A stretch of DNA of 64,000 nt from Paraphysomonas bandaiensis (Eukaryota > Protista > Chrysophyceae), in contig CBFFRP010000372.1 of NCBI GenBank assembly GCA_965644295.1, forward strand, positions 1 through 64,000. The letters run 5' to 3'. Every line of letters starts with the position of its first letter. Within the stretch, counting starts at the first letter, position 1. Below, in pieces: positions 13,338 to 26,081 of this stretch. Position numbers and translations under genes: made by a program. The notes under the pieces are model-generated. The model saw nothing but the letters and a program-made list of their open reading frames with translations. It ran no database searches and had not been told where the DNA came from.

Positions 13338-13776
13338 CCAGGCCCTGATCTAAAAGATGTATAAAAGCTCGTGACTATCTAAGATCTGAAAATATTGATT
13401 GTTGGTAGTATTAACGATATAAATTTAGTGATGTATGTCGAATGATAAGAGATCTGATTTTAATCACAATTTTAATTCATTGGTTACAGAGTGAGTTGAA
13501 AGTTCAGTTAATTTATTTACACCATCCAAATGTCTGTTTCGGACAACGTATCAAACACTGCAGAACTCAAAAAAAACAAGGAGCATAATTGAATACTGGA
13601 AGAGTTTCACTTGAAGCAAGAAGAATAGATAGCCCTCTACAATGTCTTTTGAAGTTAATACCTTTTAAAAAACCATGAAATGGGGCAGTGCTATCGTCTA
13701 TTATTAAGGTAACATTCGAAAATTAAGTAAGGTTTCCAAGCTGTACTCTACAAAACGTGATGTACATGCCACACTT

Positions 13777-16700
13777 CTACTTGCTTTTCCCCGCTTTCTT
13801 CGCAGCTCGATATCTTTTAAACCCTCTCCATGAATTACTCTGAACGTCACTTACATTAGATGTGTCGTTATTTGACTGACCATGACTTTTCTTCGTTTTC
13901 TTGGCACCGCTGTTGACACCTGTGGTAGTGGCCTCTTCTTCTATAAATGTGTCAGAAGTGGAATTGTTACTGGTTTCTTCCAGCTTTCTTCTCTTATTTT
14001 CTTTCCTGCGTTGTTCTTTAGCCTTTCTTTTCGCAGCGTACTCTTTTTTGCGCTCCAGACGGGACTTTTTCTTTTCACTGAAAGCAGAGTCCATGCTATC
14101 AGACCTGCTCCTCTTTCCAATGGATTTAAGATCTTCTACATTTCCCTCAGGAATATCGCCGTCATGACCACCATCATCAATATGTATGTTATTCTCGTCG
14201 TCACTGTTGCTATCACTAAAATCAGACCCCAAGTCACCCTGGCTTAGCCCCGATCGCTCTCGTCTCGAATTTAGGATCATCACTTTCTGCATGTTTTCAA
14301 GGCTGAATTCGACAATTAAATTGGCGGCTTTTCCAACCGGCCCACTTCCTCCCTGTGCGTACTTCCGCCCATATTCCCTGTTGTTATTCAGCTCGCGTAG
14401 GCATGCAAGCGCATGGACGTGATGAACAAATTCTACAAATCCATAACCTCTGGATTGTGGAGTACCCTTGACGCCCCTGTTGTATATACATGAGATATAG
14501 ACTCGCAACGAGCGGAAATGAGAAACCTGAGTTTGTTTCTATCAAACATGATTTTCGCCTTCACCACAACTTTGTTTCCTTTTGCAAGTGATACCGGGGG
14601 AATTGCAAGTTTAGTTTTCGTTCGCTCCCGAACAGGCACACACTGAGCTGCCAAATAAGCCTCGCTATCTTTTTCACTCACCAGTCGGTGCTTGACTCCG
14701 GCCCCTGCTGCGCGCACACACAGGTTATGTAGGTCTGAATTATTCATGGACTTCTTCAAATTTCGTATGCATAGCCTGAAGTACAGTATCAATTATGCAA
14801 ATGATAGGTTTCAAAACCATGTGTACCTAGTTGGAGATATGAAGAAAAGGGGATTCTGAAGTTTCTTTTTCTTCTCTGTCTGAGCGCGACGCCTTTTCTG
14901 TCTGTCATCTTCGGACATTTCTTCGTTGCTTTGTCTTTCAGACAAAAAACGACGTCATATTTTGTCCTGTAAAAATGACATGTACTGTACTTACTGTTCA
15001 TTGCCGTGTCGTTTGAGACTAACCGCTGAATCAACAAGTAGTCCCTCAGTGGCTAGATACAGATTGCGTTTGTCACGTCCGGCCACATTCTCCTCATCCT
15101 TCAGGCGCTTTGCTTCTGATCTATCTACCGCTAGTGCAACTCTGCAAAACAGAATGAGGTAGCATAGAAATGTTTCAAATATGATACCTGCAGGGGCGAC
15201 CCTGCACGCTTGGGGGTCCCTTCGCGAACTTCTTGTCTGATGTAGATGTCCCACCAAGTATTTCTCCGCTTTCGATACATTGCAGGGCACCCTCACGGGT
15301 GGAAAACTTGACGAAGGCAGAGCCTTTGGAGAGCCCAGTCACTTTATCTGTGAAGAAACAGAACACATAGTTAAGTGAAATTTACTTCGCTAAAAATCTG
15401 TCTGTCGTTACAACTACTATAAAAAACGAATAACTTATCATTTCTTGCCTTTAACAATGATCGCCATTTCAATGTGTCCATATCTACGGAAAGATCGCAT
15501 AATATCGCCTACACTGCAGTCGAAAGGGAGGTCTCTGATACATCAGAAATCACCGTCAGCACATACGGAGCAGATGCCCACTAACCGCACAAATACAGTT
15601 CGTCCTTCTTGTACATCATCCTCTGCAGAAACTTTACAATCTTCTTCATTTCCCTCTGTATCTGCTTCTTCGCACTTGTCACTTTCGATATCACTAGCTT
15701 CTTTCAGAGGTACACTTCTATCCTCGTCTTCTGTATCGCTCTCGGTGTCCTCTTCGTTCTCTCCACCGGCTTCCTCTGCCTCACACTTATCGTTTTCACA
15801 CAACGTCATACTGTTTTCATCCTCTTCTCGGTTATCACTTTTCTCTCCTGCACCATGCACTTCGTGTGCGTGTTTGTTCTCACACATATCCACGGCGAAC
15901 TCCCTGTTGCATATACGCATGCCAGCGCACCCCCCATTCACAGCCCGTTTGGCATCGGACTCACAAAGGAACGTAGCAAAACCAAATCCCCTAGGCCTCA
16001 GTTTGACGGCCCCTTCTTCTCCACGTCGACCCTTTACAGGGATCTCCACTCGTGGGATGGACACCTCCACAAGGGGGCCAATTTTACGCAGACGGGAGCT
16101 GACATTCTCTTCCACTGCCTGAAAAGAGAGATTGCGCAGGATTACTCGGCACTTGCGCTTGCGATACCCCTCTAGTGTGACATCCTTCATAAGCCTGGCA
16201 CTTAATTTTTCAGTCACATCATTTCCCGGGAAGCCAAGGCTCTTCGGAGTGGCACCATCCAGGCGTTCCACCAGCGCATTGGCGTCCTTTCTTGAACGTA
16301 CAGTGAGAATCATAACTCTCCCAGCAGGTACACTAACAGCACTTAGGGTGCTGTACATAGGATGACCTTCTTGCATCAGTTCAACGATCAACTTCTTGCT
16401 CCTGCACACCTTTTGTACAGCCTCCTTGAATTCTTTCTTCTTCATAGTGCTGGGTACGCCACATACCGCCACCTGCATAGATGGACGAGCCAATGCCTTG
16501 TCTGATTCTGCCGAGATGGGCTCTTTAGGCTTTTCCTCTTCTACTTTATAAGAAGCAGATGGTAGTGTGGTGACTGCACGTTCACCAACAGGCGGCTTCG
16601 TTGTCTGTCCACGCTGTACAGCAATTTCTAGAATCATTTTCCGACCATGGAACTCATAGCCCTGTAGTTTAGACACGGCCAATTGTGCATCGTCTTCCAA

Positions 16701-17021
16701 AGCGCTGTATACATTTCAGTTATAATATTTAACAATTTATCTTCGGTCATTATTACAATTTAATAAATCCAAATCCCCGCGATACGCCGTCCTGCTGCAC
16801 GACAGTGGTCCGCTTAATGGGGCCATATTCTTGGAAGAGCTCCATCAGATCCTAGAGAATAAAATAAGTATGAGATATACTACGCTAAAACACCCGTACA
16901 TCTTGTGTCACATTGTAGGCTAGATTTCTCACAAAAACCTTTTGAAATGTAAAAGCATTAAGAAGAAAGTTAATCAGTGGACCAAACGAACCTCTTTTTC
17001 TTTTCTTTCTAAGTCCTCCAT
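13777..17021 (-). CDS. RBM28: Multi-RRM nucleolar RNA-binding protein (RBM28/Nop4 family), multi-exon
   Basis: VFVRNL, RVILRNLSFQ..RGFGFATF, acidic linker, GRTVFVR..SKGSAFVKF, DKRNLYLATEG, RLCIRNL, SRGYGFVEF..HALACLRELNNN, LIVEFSLEN, basic tail. Confidence 0.9.
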
Positions 17022-17428
17022 GATTACTGAGGGGTTAATTTATAGTTTTGATACCAGAATAGCTACCACAATTGAGATTGATGGTAGAAAATAATGCAAT
17101 TTCAATGCTATACCGACCGATACAGATATCAAGGTATGTTGGTTTGGTAGCGCACGGCGTGAGATAATTTCGCCACCATCATTCACCACTCATCCTCAAT
17201 CGTCAATGAAAACCAATCATAAGAATATTGCATATAATGCAAACTTGTGATTTGCCGAAATCGGAAGTAGGAGTCAGTCCCACTCGCGAAAAAACATTTT
17301 TTTGAGGTCTGTATACGTACAGTAGGTGTGAATCACGGCTACATTCTGGTATACCCATGGTCTGCAAGTAAAAAGGCAGCGATATCCCAGCCAAGACTCC
17401 ACTCCGTCTTACACTTATAGCCAAGCAC

Positions 17429-17743
17429 ATGATTGTGCAAGTTACTTGTAGCAATGGTATCAATGAGTGGTGCGTTTTGGAATTTCAGGGGGAAATCGTT
17501 GGAAAGGACTTGGAGAATTCACTGCTGGGCACATGCGAAATCCGAGGACAAGAGGCTGTAATGCGTATAGGCCAACAATTCGTCCAGGGGAAAATCAAAT
17601 TACTGGACAACCCATTAATGGTTACTGAACATTCTGAACGTGGCTCGAATTTGGAGGTGCTCGCATTCGTTCATAAGAAAATAATATTCAACATTCGACC
17701 ACAACCGAAAACAGAAGAGAATTGTAGAGGATTAGAGTTATAA
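17429..17743 (+). CDS. CTF8: Chromosome transmission fidelity factor 8
   Basis: 104 aa with EWCVLEFQGEI, MRIG..VQGKIKLLDNPL, KKIIFNIRPQP. Divergent from RBM28 across ~400 bp. Confidence 0.88.
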   Translation: MIVQVTCSNGINEWCVLEFQGEIVGKDLENSLLGTCEIRGQEAVMRIGQQFVQGKIKLLDNPLMVTEHSERGSNLEVLAFVHKKIIFNIRPQPKTEENCRGLEL

Positions 17744-18799
17744 TTGTGTTAGTTTGTAGATAGTCGGGTGTCTTTTCGACACTAAGTGGTACGACTGTAA
17801 TTGTGAGTTGTATTTTTTCTGTGAAACGCCAACAATCTCTACTCTATGAAATTACTATTGTAGCAAGAGCGCAGAATATCAACGTATATAAATATGTTGT
17901 AAGGGGACGTAGAGGGGATTTAATGTCTGATATATGTAATGCTCTAGCTCGAATATTTTGGTAATGTAGGAGATGTGAAAAGTCATCAACTATTTGTGGA
18001 AGTACCGTGACGGGGGTTCTATGCATAACGTGGAGAATGTAATGCTATACAAGTATTATTCAAACAAATTCCGCTAGTTAGAATGATGAGACAAAGATAG
18101 GTACAATTAAAGGAATAGTTTGTGATTTTAGAGCGAAAGGCACGTCTAAAGTTACGATTAGACGACATGGATTGATAGATATTATAAATTAATGACAGAG
18201 TATACATTCAGCGACGACGAAACAAATTCTTCTCTTCCCCTCTACATTCCGCTATCACATCATATTAGCATTGGCTGTATAATTTGATGACTGATTTACC
18301 CTATTACTGTACCAGGACTATTGGCACGATCTCATTAGAGCCATTATTGGAGACAAACGTTGATAGTATTAACCCGTACTATGGGGAGAAGGGGGGGGGT
18401 CCAGAGTATGATAAAGAGGAGTCTTAAATCCAAGTACAGAAGGACCAGTGGGACCACGAATGATTATACCGTGCTGGAGAAATGGAAGAAGAAATGCATG
18501 GAATTCAGAGAAATAGAAGGAAAGGAAGCATGGCCCTATGATGGAAAGTAGGGACCCAAATAGAAGTAATGCAGAGAAGGCGAGGATTGTGTTAAGATAT
18601 TATGGAAGTGATTATGAGATTGATATGAGAGAAGAGAATGATATGGGGCTATCGAGAGGTCCCAGAGATATATATAATATATATTATATTGATATATATT
18701 AAATATATCTGATTATTCGGTACAATAAATCAGATAGCTACTTACTCTATGTGCTATAGTTATATAGTATGGTTTCAGAATACGTAATAGTAATATCTC

Positions 18800-19150
18800 T
18801 GCTGTTAACATAAGTGCTCCTCGGGAATTCTTGTGCATTAATACAAGCACCATGGTGCAGCCATCCCTTTAATCGGGAATTCTGCCTTTGGGTAGTATTT
18901 CAGGTTGGCCGGTACCTCAGGTCAGCTAGGGGTAGGAGGGTATGTTGGAGGTATAGGTGTCCACTCGTGACATATGTGAGAAGTCTCTAACGGCAAGGAG
19001 CATCTGTTTACGATACGACTTTGCAGAGTGGGAAGGGTGTATTTGGCGTAGTTGGTGGTGTGTTGTTATTGTGGTATCTACTTCCCATGCTCTTGAGCAT
19101 AGGTAGGCCGCCATTGCATAGAGTGGGAGATGGATTTCTCAAGGTTGTAA
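18800..19150 (-). mobile_element. 3' fragment of the RNase H-LINE family
   Basis: Minus strand ends PKGRIPD* (18892-18869), then AGGGATGGCTGCACCATGGTGCTTG..GCACAAG, matching 32119-32200. Confidence 0.75.
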
Positions 19151-19213
19151 AATTGGTGTTCATCAATGAGGTGGATATGTTATGTATACAATGTTATATT
19201 TATAATATATATA

Positions 19214-21716
19214 CAGTTCGTTCACCCATAACTAACTGCTCAAAAAACGGTCGACAGTTACGTTTTTTTCAGTTATTGAGTTTGATAATATTTCAGGAAA
19301 TCTCTCAATTTCACCACGACTGCACCCACACACCCTTCCAAACCGACTTGACACTGTCACTCAGGTCACAGGCTTCCATTTGCATGCTTAAGATATCTCA
19401 TTCATACTCTATGTCCAATATTAGAATGATGCCAACACAGTGGTCCCAAAATTTTCGAGGTCCGGTGGCGTGCAAAATATATATTTTGCATTTCACCTCA
19501 AACGAACTCCATATTTTGTGGTAAGTATCGCAACATCACTGGTGACAATCTCACGTTGGGTATTTTTATTTAAGGGCCTGCTTGTTTCAAACATGGCGAT
19601 TAACAAAAGATCAAAATCTGTCAGAAAATCATCCCGTGGAAAGAGGTCTGCAGTGGATACAATGCACGGTCAAAAGGGCAGGAAGAATAGAGAGAAAAGA
19701 GAATTACGTGCAAGGCGACGTCCAGTAGGGATAGAGGAAGAATTAGTCCAAGAAGACCCTGAGGTGGTGGAGGAAAAAGCAGAAGTTCAGTGTGACTTCA
19801 GAGACAGGGCTGTTGCCATTCGGGAGGAGCTATGTCGACCTCAGGGCCAATTGGCATCATTCGATGATGTTGTTAATGTCTTACGCATCTATTCTAATGT
19901 TATTATGAAGAAGAGAGCAAGCAATCACACCGCAGCCATTAAATTTACTGCTGACGCATTACAGATGGGCGACACGACTGTTAGACATATCATTCAGGAG
20001 TATGACACAAATGGTCAAGAAGTGTACTGTACCCCGTGCAGTATAGCACCAACTCGAGGTACAGGCAGCAAGGCCTATGTTTATGAGCACATGAAAATTC
20101 AGGAAGAGATGCTTATTTCATGTCATGACTACATTATGAATGAATTGCGGGTTGGTGTAAGGCATACATATGCGGACCTGCATCGGTATCTCGAGAACCA
20201 ATTTGACATCAAAGTGTCATATACACCGCTTTACGAAAACGAATGTGTTTTGACTTTGATTATGTTAATGGTGTCATTCCGTATAACACTACTTCAGTAA
20301 AAATAACACTGCAAATCCGACGATTTATGCTGTTGTATAGTGGTACGTTATTGTTGAAGAAATTATGTTATTTTATATATACAAAAACCGATGATGATGT
20401 ATGTGCTGTGATACCGTAACATTTATTACTTGTTATGGTGTGTATTAACATTAGCGTCTCTACAGATGCAATTAAAAAGGAAAAACAAGGGAGTGCCTGC
20501 ATTGCATACATGGATGAGACATGGGTGTGGAGATATCATAGCAGGAAGACTGGCATAGGACCCAAAGGAGTGACACGGCAAGGAACAAAGTCGTCTAAGG
20601 GAGATCGTTTGATAATTGTCGATGCAATAACTTCTGATGGTGCAATTCGTTGGCAATTAGAGAATGAAAAAGGTAAATTATGGTCGACGTTGTGGTCCTT
20701 CCTCTATACAAAATCAGGAGACTACCACACTGCCATGAATTTCGAGTCGTTTCAGAAATGGATTAACTGTTGTTTTGTTCCAACATGGAAGAGAAAGTAT
20801 CCTCGTACCCCTTGCATACTAGTATTGGACAATGCCCCCTACCATATGGGAGGCATGATTAACCCACATCGTCTCAGCAAGAGTGAGTGTACGCTGCATT
20901 TGCGCAAGTGTCTGCCTAGGGGGTCCCGTATTACTGTCAACAGGAATGGCACGCTGCTTCAGTTTGAAGTGCCTAGGCATGGAGGGTTTCCAAATTCTCC
21001 AGCAGGTCCATCTCTCAGGGAGCTTCAAGAGGCTGTTCACGACATTCTAGCTGATTACAAGCCTCGCGACTTGCTGACTTGGGTAGAATGTCGCTTTGCA
21101 GAGCTTGGTTGGGAGGTGATATTTACCCCACCTTACATGTGTAATTTCCAACCGATAGAACTCTACTGGGCAAACATCAAAAATAGCATTGGACGAAGGT
21201 ACTTTTCTGGTAGAGACATGAAGTGGATACAAGACTTCTTCAAAAAGCATTCTATAACCATTGAGTGTGATTCTTTGGTTAGACATGCGCATGATTGTAT
21301 GAATATCTGGCTCAGACAGGATAATTTGTTGGGTGGTGTGTATGACAATGTAACTGTACCTGACGATGACATTAGAGAGAATATACTAGCAAATAACCCT
21401 AAGTTTATGTCTGAAAAAGAAATGGAAGATATACAGAACCCATCTGAGGTGGCTGTACACTTCACTATTCACAGGAATGGTGATATGGATTAGGGCCATA
21501 TTTTGTAAGAGGGTAAAAATCACGAATTTTGAACTGTTCACTTTCACTTATCTTAACGGTATAGTAAAACGGCTTGTAGGTAGAAGCTAAAACTTTGTCT
21601 CATATATCTTTGTGGCATAAGCTTTCAGTGCATATGCTTACTTTTTAAGACTTATGTCTAGTTCTAGAAATATACTTGCTGATATTAGGAGCAGTTAGTT
21701 ATGAGTGAACGAACTG
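19214..21716 (+). mobile_element. IS630/Tc1/mariner group DNA transposon, Sailor-like (DD109E)
   Basis: 28-bp TIRs CAGTTCGTTCAC(C/T)CATAACTAACTGCTC with 1 mismatch, TA on both sides. Transposase ~19593-21493 with YMDETW, GDYHTAMN, LDNAPYH, PPYMCNFQPIELYW; probable intron ~20343-20465 and a frameshift near 20230. Confidence 0.93.
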
Positions 21717-21980
21717 TAGCAATTATGAAAAGAGAGAGACTAATATGAAAAGAAAAGGGAATTATAGGGTCTATTAAAAGGTGCTGGAGAGCGACGACGG
21801 TATAAAGTTACAGAATAGTAGAGAGATTCATAGAATGTATGAAGAAGAAAAATATTTATATCGAAACAAGGTGAAGAGATGAAAGAAACTACAAGAGTAC
21901 CTGAAGGGGGCGATGGAGCAACAGCAGAGAGCAACAATGAAGGAAGCAGTTAGGAATGAGATGTGGGTATCGGTGTGCGG

Positions 21981-22068
21981 CCCTCAACAAAGTCGGACTC
22001 GCACCTTTTCGTGGTGTTCTGGGGGATAAGTACCGGAGATATTTCTCCGGGAAACTAACGCGAGCCGC
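21981..22068 (+). ncRNA. Candidate HDV-like ribozyme fold
   Basis: P2 CTCGC/GCGAG, P3 ACC/GGT with loop TTTTCGT, P4 CCGGAGA/TCTCCGG, J4/2 CTAAC; P1 irregular. Confidence 0.5.
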
Positions 22069-23167
22069 ATATTATATAGTCAGCAGATATATTGTTCTGC
22101 CCACTCATAGCCAAATGCTTGTGTGGTACAAGGGACACTAATAAGTGTCACTTGTGTAGACGTCTTTGGGCCCTGACGAATAAACAGGCATCCGGGACAG
22201 GGCCCACCAGAAGGGTAACCGGGGTATTGGGCTGCCTGCTGAAGTTAAGCATCCGGGATGTTCACCTTAAGAACTCAAAAAACCTGAAGTCAGCAGATGT
22301 CAGGTATATCAACATTCTGCTTGCTCCCTGCGTTTGCTTTGAGTGATTGATGCTGAGTATGAGTTCACATTATTCGGTATCTGTGTGGCCAATGACCGAG
22401 GTAATGCGTCAAACTTTCCTCATGGATGCATGGCAATGGCAATGATGTGATTAGACCTGTCATGTCTTCTCACACGTCTACTGCCTAGTCTTGTTGGTTT
22501 CTCCTGACCCAGGTCATTGAGATTATATCAAGGCTCTGGCACTGTTCTCCAAGCAGTGTCAGGTACATTTGTGGTACTTTTATGTTATTCTTGCTTAGTA
22601 GGTTTTCATCCGAGCGGGGAAGGTGCACGGTTTCCTACTAGTGTATAAGTCACTCGGGAGAAGAGTGCAAGGTGGATGCATGTGCTGGACGAGTGCACAC
22701 AATGGAGGGAAGACATTGGAGTCAGCTTGAATTTGTAACAGATTTTGGTAGATGTCTGTTTCATGCGTCAGTGTGCAAAATTGCACCAGTGAGACCGCTT
22801 CGTGACAGTGGGAGGACCCGGCGCTATAGAGCTACTTTATTCTCCCTTCCAGACTACCTGCTGCCGTGAACACCACCTTGAAGAGGGCCCTAAAGATCTG
22901 CCGCATACACAGGAGACATATGCCGACGACACCGACCGCAAGTTGTTTGTGTTAGGACAAGTAGATTGGGCAGGAGCGTATGATCCGGCTTAAACACGCA
23001 ACTCGTCGTATGCCCATGTAGCTAACTAAATCGTGTTGTATAGTTGAGCACTTGTCGGTGCATGCATAGTAACTAGATGAGAGTCATGTTATGCATAGTG
23101 TCGCGCGAGTTGTTAGGTCGGTCGCGGCAACGCACAAGCTTGCGCTTCTTAATAATCTGACATTCAA
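21981..23167 (+). mobile_element. Complete non-autonomous retroelement copy (structured head R, ~0.8 kb non-coding body, LINE-type 3' end)
   Basis: Exact 13-bp TSD TATCGGTGTGCGG (21968-21980, 23168-23180); ends GCGGCAACGCACAAGC..TAATAATCTGACATTCAA like the LINE 3' end at 40780-40935. Confidence 0.88.
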
Positions 23168-24517
23168 TATCGGTGTGCGGGACCAGAACCAATGAATAAA
23201 AATACGGAATACAATAATTGCGGAGTGGTGATACACAGGGAGCAGCCGCATATTTCATGTGGAGTTGTCCACGGTGCTAATATAAGTAGAAGGATACTAG
23301 GGAGATATGATATATGGCGGGAACCGTGCGTAATAAGAAGATAAGCTGTTGATAACATATTGGGAAGCGCAGGGTTCATTTTTGACACTCCTGCTTGGCT
23401 CTTCCCTTGACAATTCAACCGTGCTATCTTAAAATCCTTCTTCTTTATTTCTAGAACGTCTACTGAGTGTGTACCACAACTTTGTCCAAGGTTCTCGATT
23501 AAATTCCTTAGTTTGAGGCTTGGCTTGATAGTATCTGCGACAGATATTAACGTTTTAGTATGTTTATTTGCTTTTTTTAAAGTATAGATTGGTATACAAC
23601 TGCTCTCTAGTTTGTATACCAATCTTTGGAAACTGTGTCCTCGTTTCCAAAGTCGTCGTGAGCACCAGATTTTGGTTGGTTCTGTTGATTCAGGTCATAA
23701 TATTGTGAAGGCAGTAAACTGCTTGTTGAGCTCCACTAACTCCTATTGACTTTCACCGCAAAACGCTCCACTAACCTCGTATATATATAATTCGCTTGCT
23801 AATAGCTCCTTTTCAGGATTGTCATGAGTCAACTCTTTCAGTGCCTCAGCCACGTGATGTACTGCTTTGAAGATCGAGCTGATGCACCACTTGTCGTTGT
23901 TATCTTTAAACTTGTTTCGTTCGACGATTAGCGCATTGTTGGCAGGTCTCATGGGACGCTCCTTCAGACCTTACGTGATTTCGATTCTAGCACATGAACC
24001 ATGCCTTGAGTTTCTTCGTCCAGTTGATCAATTAAATTTCGGAAGTCGTTTTCAATATAAACTACTATCCGCTACAACATCAACAATTGACAATAGAATG
24101 GATAAAACTAAAATAACTGAACGTTGAACTTACTCAATAATCAATTTATAAGAAATACACTCGACATCTCTTGTATCATTCCAATGGGATATAGTCATAA
24201 GCCGTGACTACCTCCATGACCTTGCATATAACGTTAATATCGCAGCACTAAACGATTGTGGAAGGATGCAATCAATCATATCAATTCACAAATATGGCAC
24301 AACAGTCCTTTGCCAGGACAACGACAACTATCAACAAATTTTGTAGCTTCTTGTATCACGTCTATTATTTATAGGGTGCATATGACAACAGCACAGTAGT
24401 ATCCATAATACCGTGTACAATCACATACACACCGCACTACTATCTCTATTTTACTAGTTCCATGTCAACAACGACGATACATATGTAATTCGAACGATAT
24501 TTCATCCGCAACAGATA

Positions 24518-25604
24518 TCATAATATTTCACTGTTTCGCTTTCTCCTTCCACGATACGTACTGCGTAGCGAAGATGAGTTGCTAAGGCTTGTTTTCATTG
24601 TAGCATCGGAGAGCCGACTCTCAACAGTCCGTGCGGTAGAGGGCACAGCAGAGCTGGTGACGTCGCAATCTTTTCTCTTAGGAAAAGACTCCGAAGTAGA
24701 TGGTACTGCAAACGCTGTGTTACGCACTTTAATCGGTTCTTCTGGAATGATAATAGACTTCAGTTCAGATGTAGACTTATATTCGTTTTTGAACTTAAGC
24801 AATCTGTGCACGACAAGCAATTACACAACAGATACAAATCATCCAGTGTAAGCGAACCTATACTCAGATAGCTGCCTCCATCTGTGGCGACCAATCACAC
24901 GATTTTGTATCTTTCGTTGAAATTCAAGACATGGAGCAATAATTAAAGTATTACGACACACGTACTCCGTGAAGATATATTTAGAACACCCGATCATAGA
25001 GGTTTGGCTATGCATCCTACAAGTAATTCTGTGGACAGCATATCACGACTTTAATATTATATAAGGTAAACTTACTCTTTTAAACCGTTAGTTACACTAT
25101 ACTTATCGCCATATATGTCCATAACCAAAGTTTGAGCATCATCATTCGTCAGTTTTCCGTGTGAATCTTTGTCATATACATCGAATATAAATTTAGCTGT
25201 CATACGAATTAATAAATGACAAAAACTAAATACAATTTGAACATACACATATGGTCTCCAATCGTCATAAATTGCCATAGAATTAATACAAAGTCTCTGA
25301 AATTCGCAATGTTTCCGGATACACTCCCAGAATCGACAATGCTGTTCAACACCTCGTGTATGAAAGCATTTTTCCCACATCCTAATGAAGGTACCAACAT
25401 ATTATGGTCTATTTCATCAATAAACTTGGTGCCATTCTTTTCGTCCTCTACTCTGACACGACAATTAGAATATAAATTATACAGCTGTGCGATATCGGCA
25501 TCTTTCAGGCCAAGACTGTAAAATTGGCTTCTGTATTGCCCAATGGAAGGGAAGAGTGCAAATACGGAAAGTGACCGATAACTCCTACTGTTGCCTCCTC
25601 CCAT
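24518..25604 (-). CDS. EF-hand protein, calcineurin B/NCS-like, probably N-myristoylated; multi-exon
   Basis: MGGGNS N-terminus; FIFDVYDKDSHGKLTNDD EF-hand; NFRDFVLILW. Confidence 0.7.
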
Positions 25605-26081
25605 ACTTCCAATAGGATGTCGTGTGATGCGGTAAACTATTATTACCTACACTACTTTTTGCTCCTATACCTCCCTTGGATCACCTCGTTATACGACATT
25701 GTTGTAGGATGATTGTAGGAATTCCAAGGAATAATTGTTCAATAGCATAGCCAGCGAATCAGCAGATACATAAGTTTTTTCTCATTTGTTTGATTTTAAA
25801 ATTTATGTGGGCTTTCTGTTGCTACATCCCAAAAAATTGGACATATCTAGGAACTCACATATGGATATGCCATAAACCTGCAATGATTGTAGAGTAGTGT
25901 ATCTGTACATACACTGTAGTTCTGGTGTACTGGTGTACATGTACTGCTGTATATAGATAGCTACGTACCATATGCTGTTGCTTCTAACTTGGAAGTATAT
26001 TAACAGATACCACAGACTGGTCGCATAGTTTCGTATTACATCTGGAATTAAATCGTCTAGCAATTTTATTAACTTTGCAAT

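Noticed and set aside
22172-22200. Hammerhead ribozyme from CTGACGA in head R
   Set aside because: No stem II followed by GAAA, and other copies read TTGACGA.
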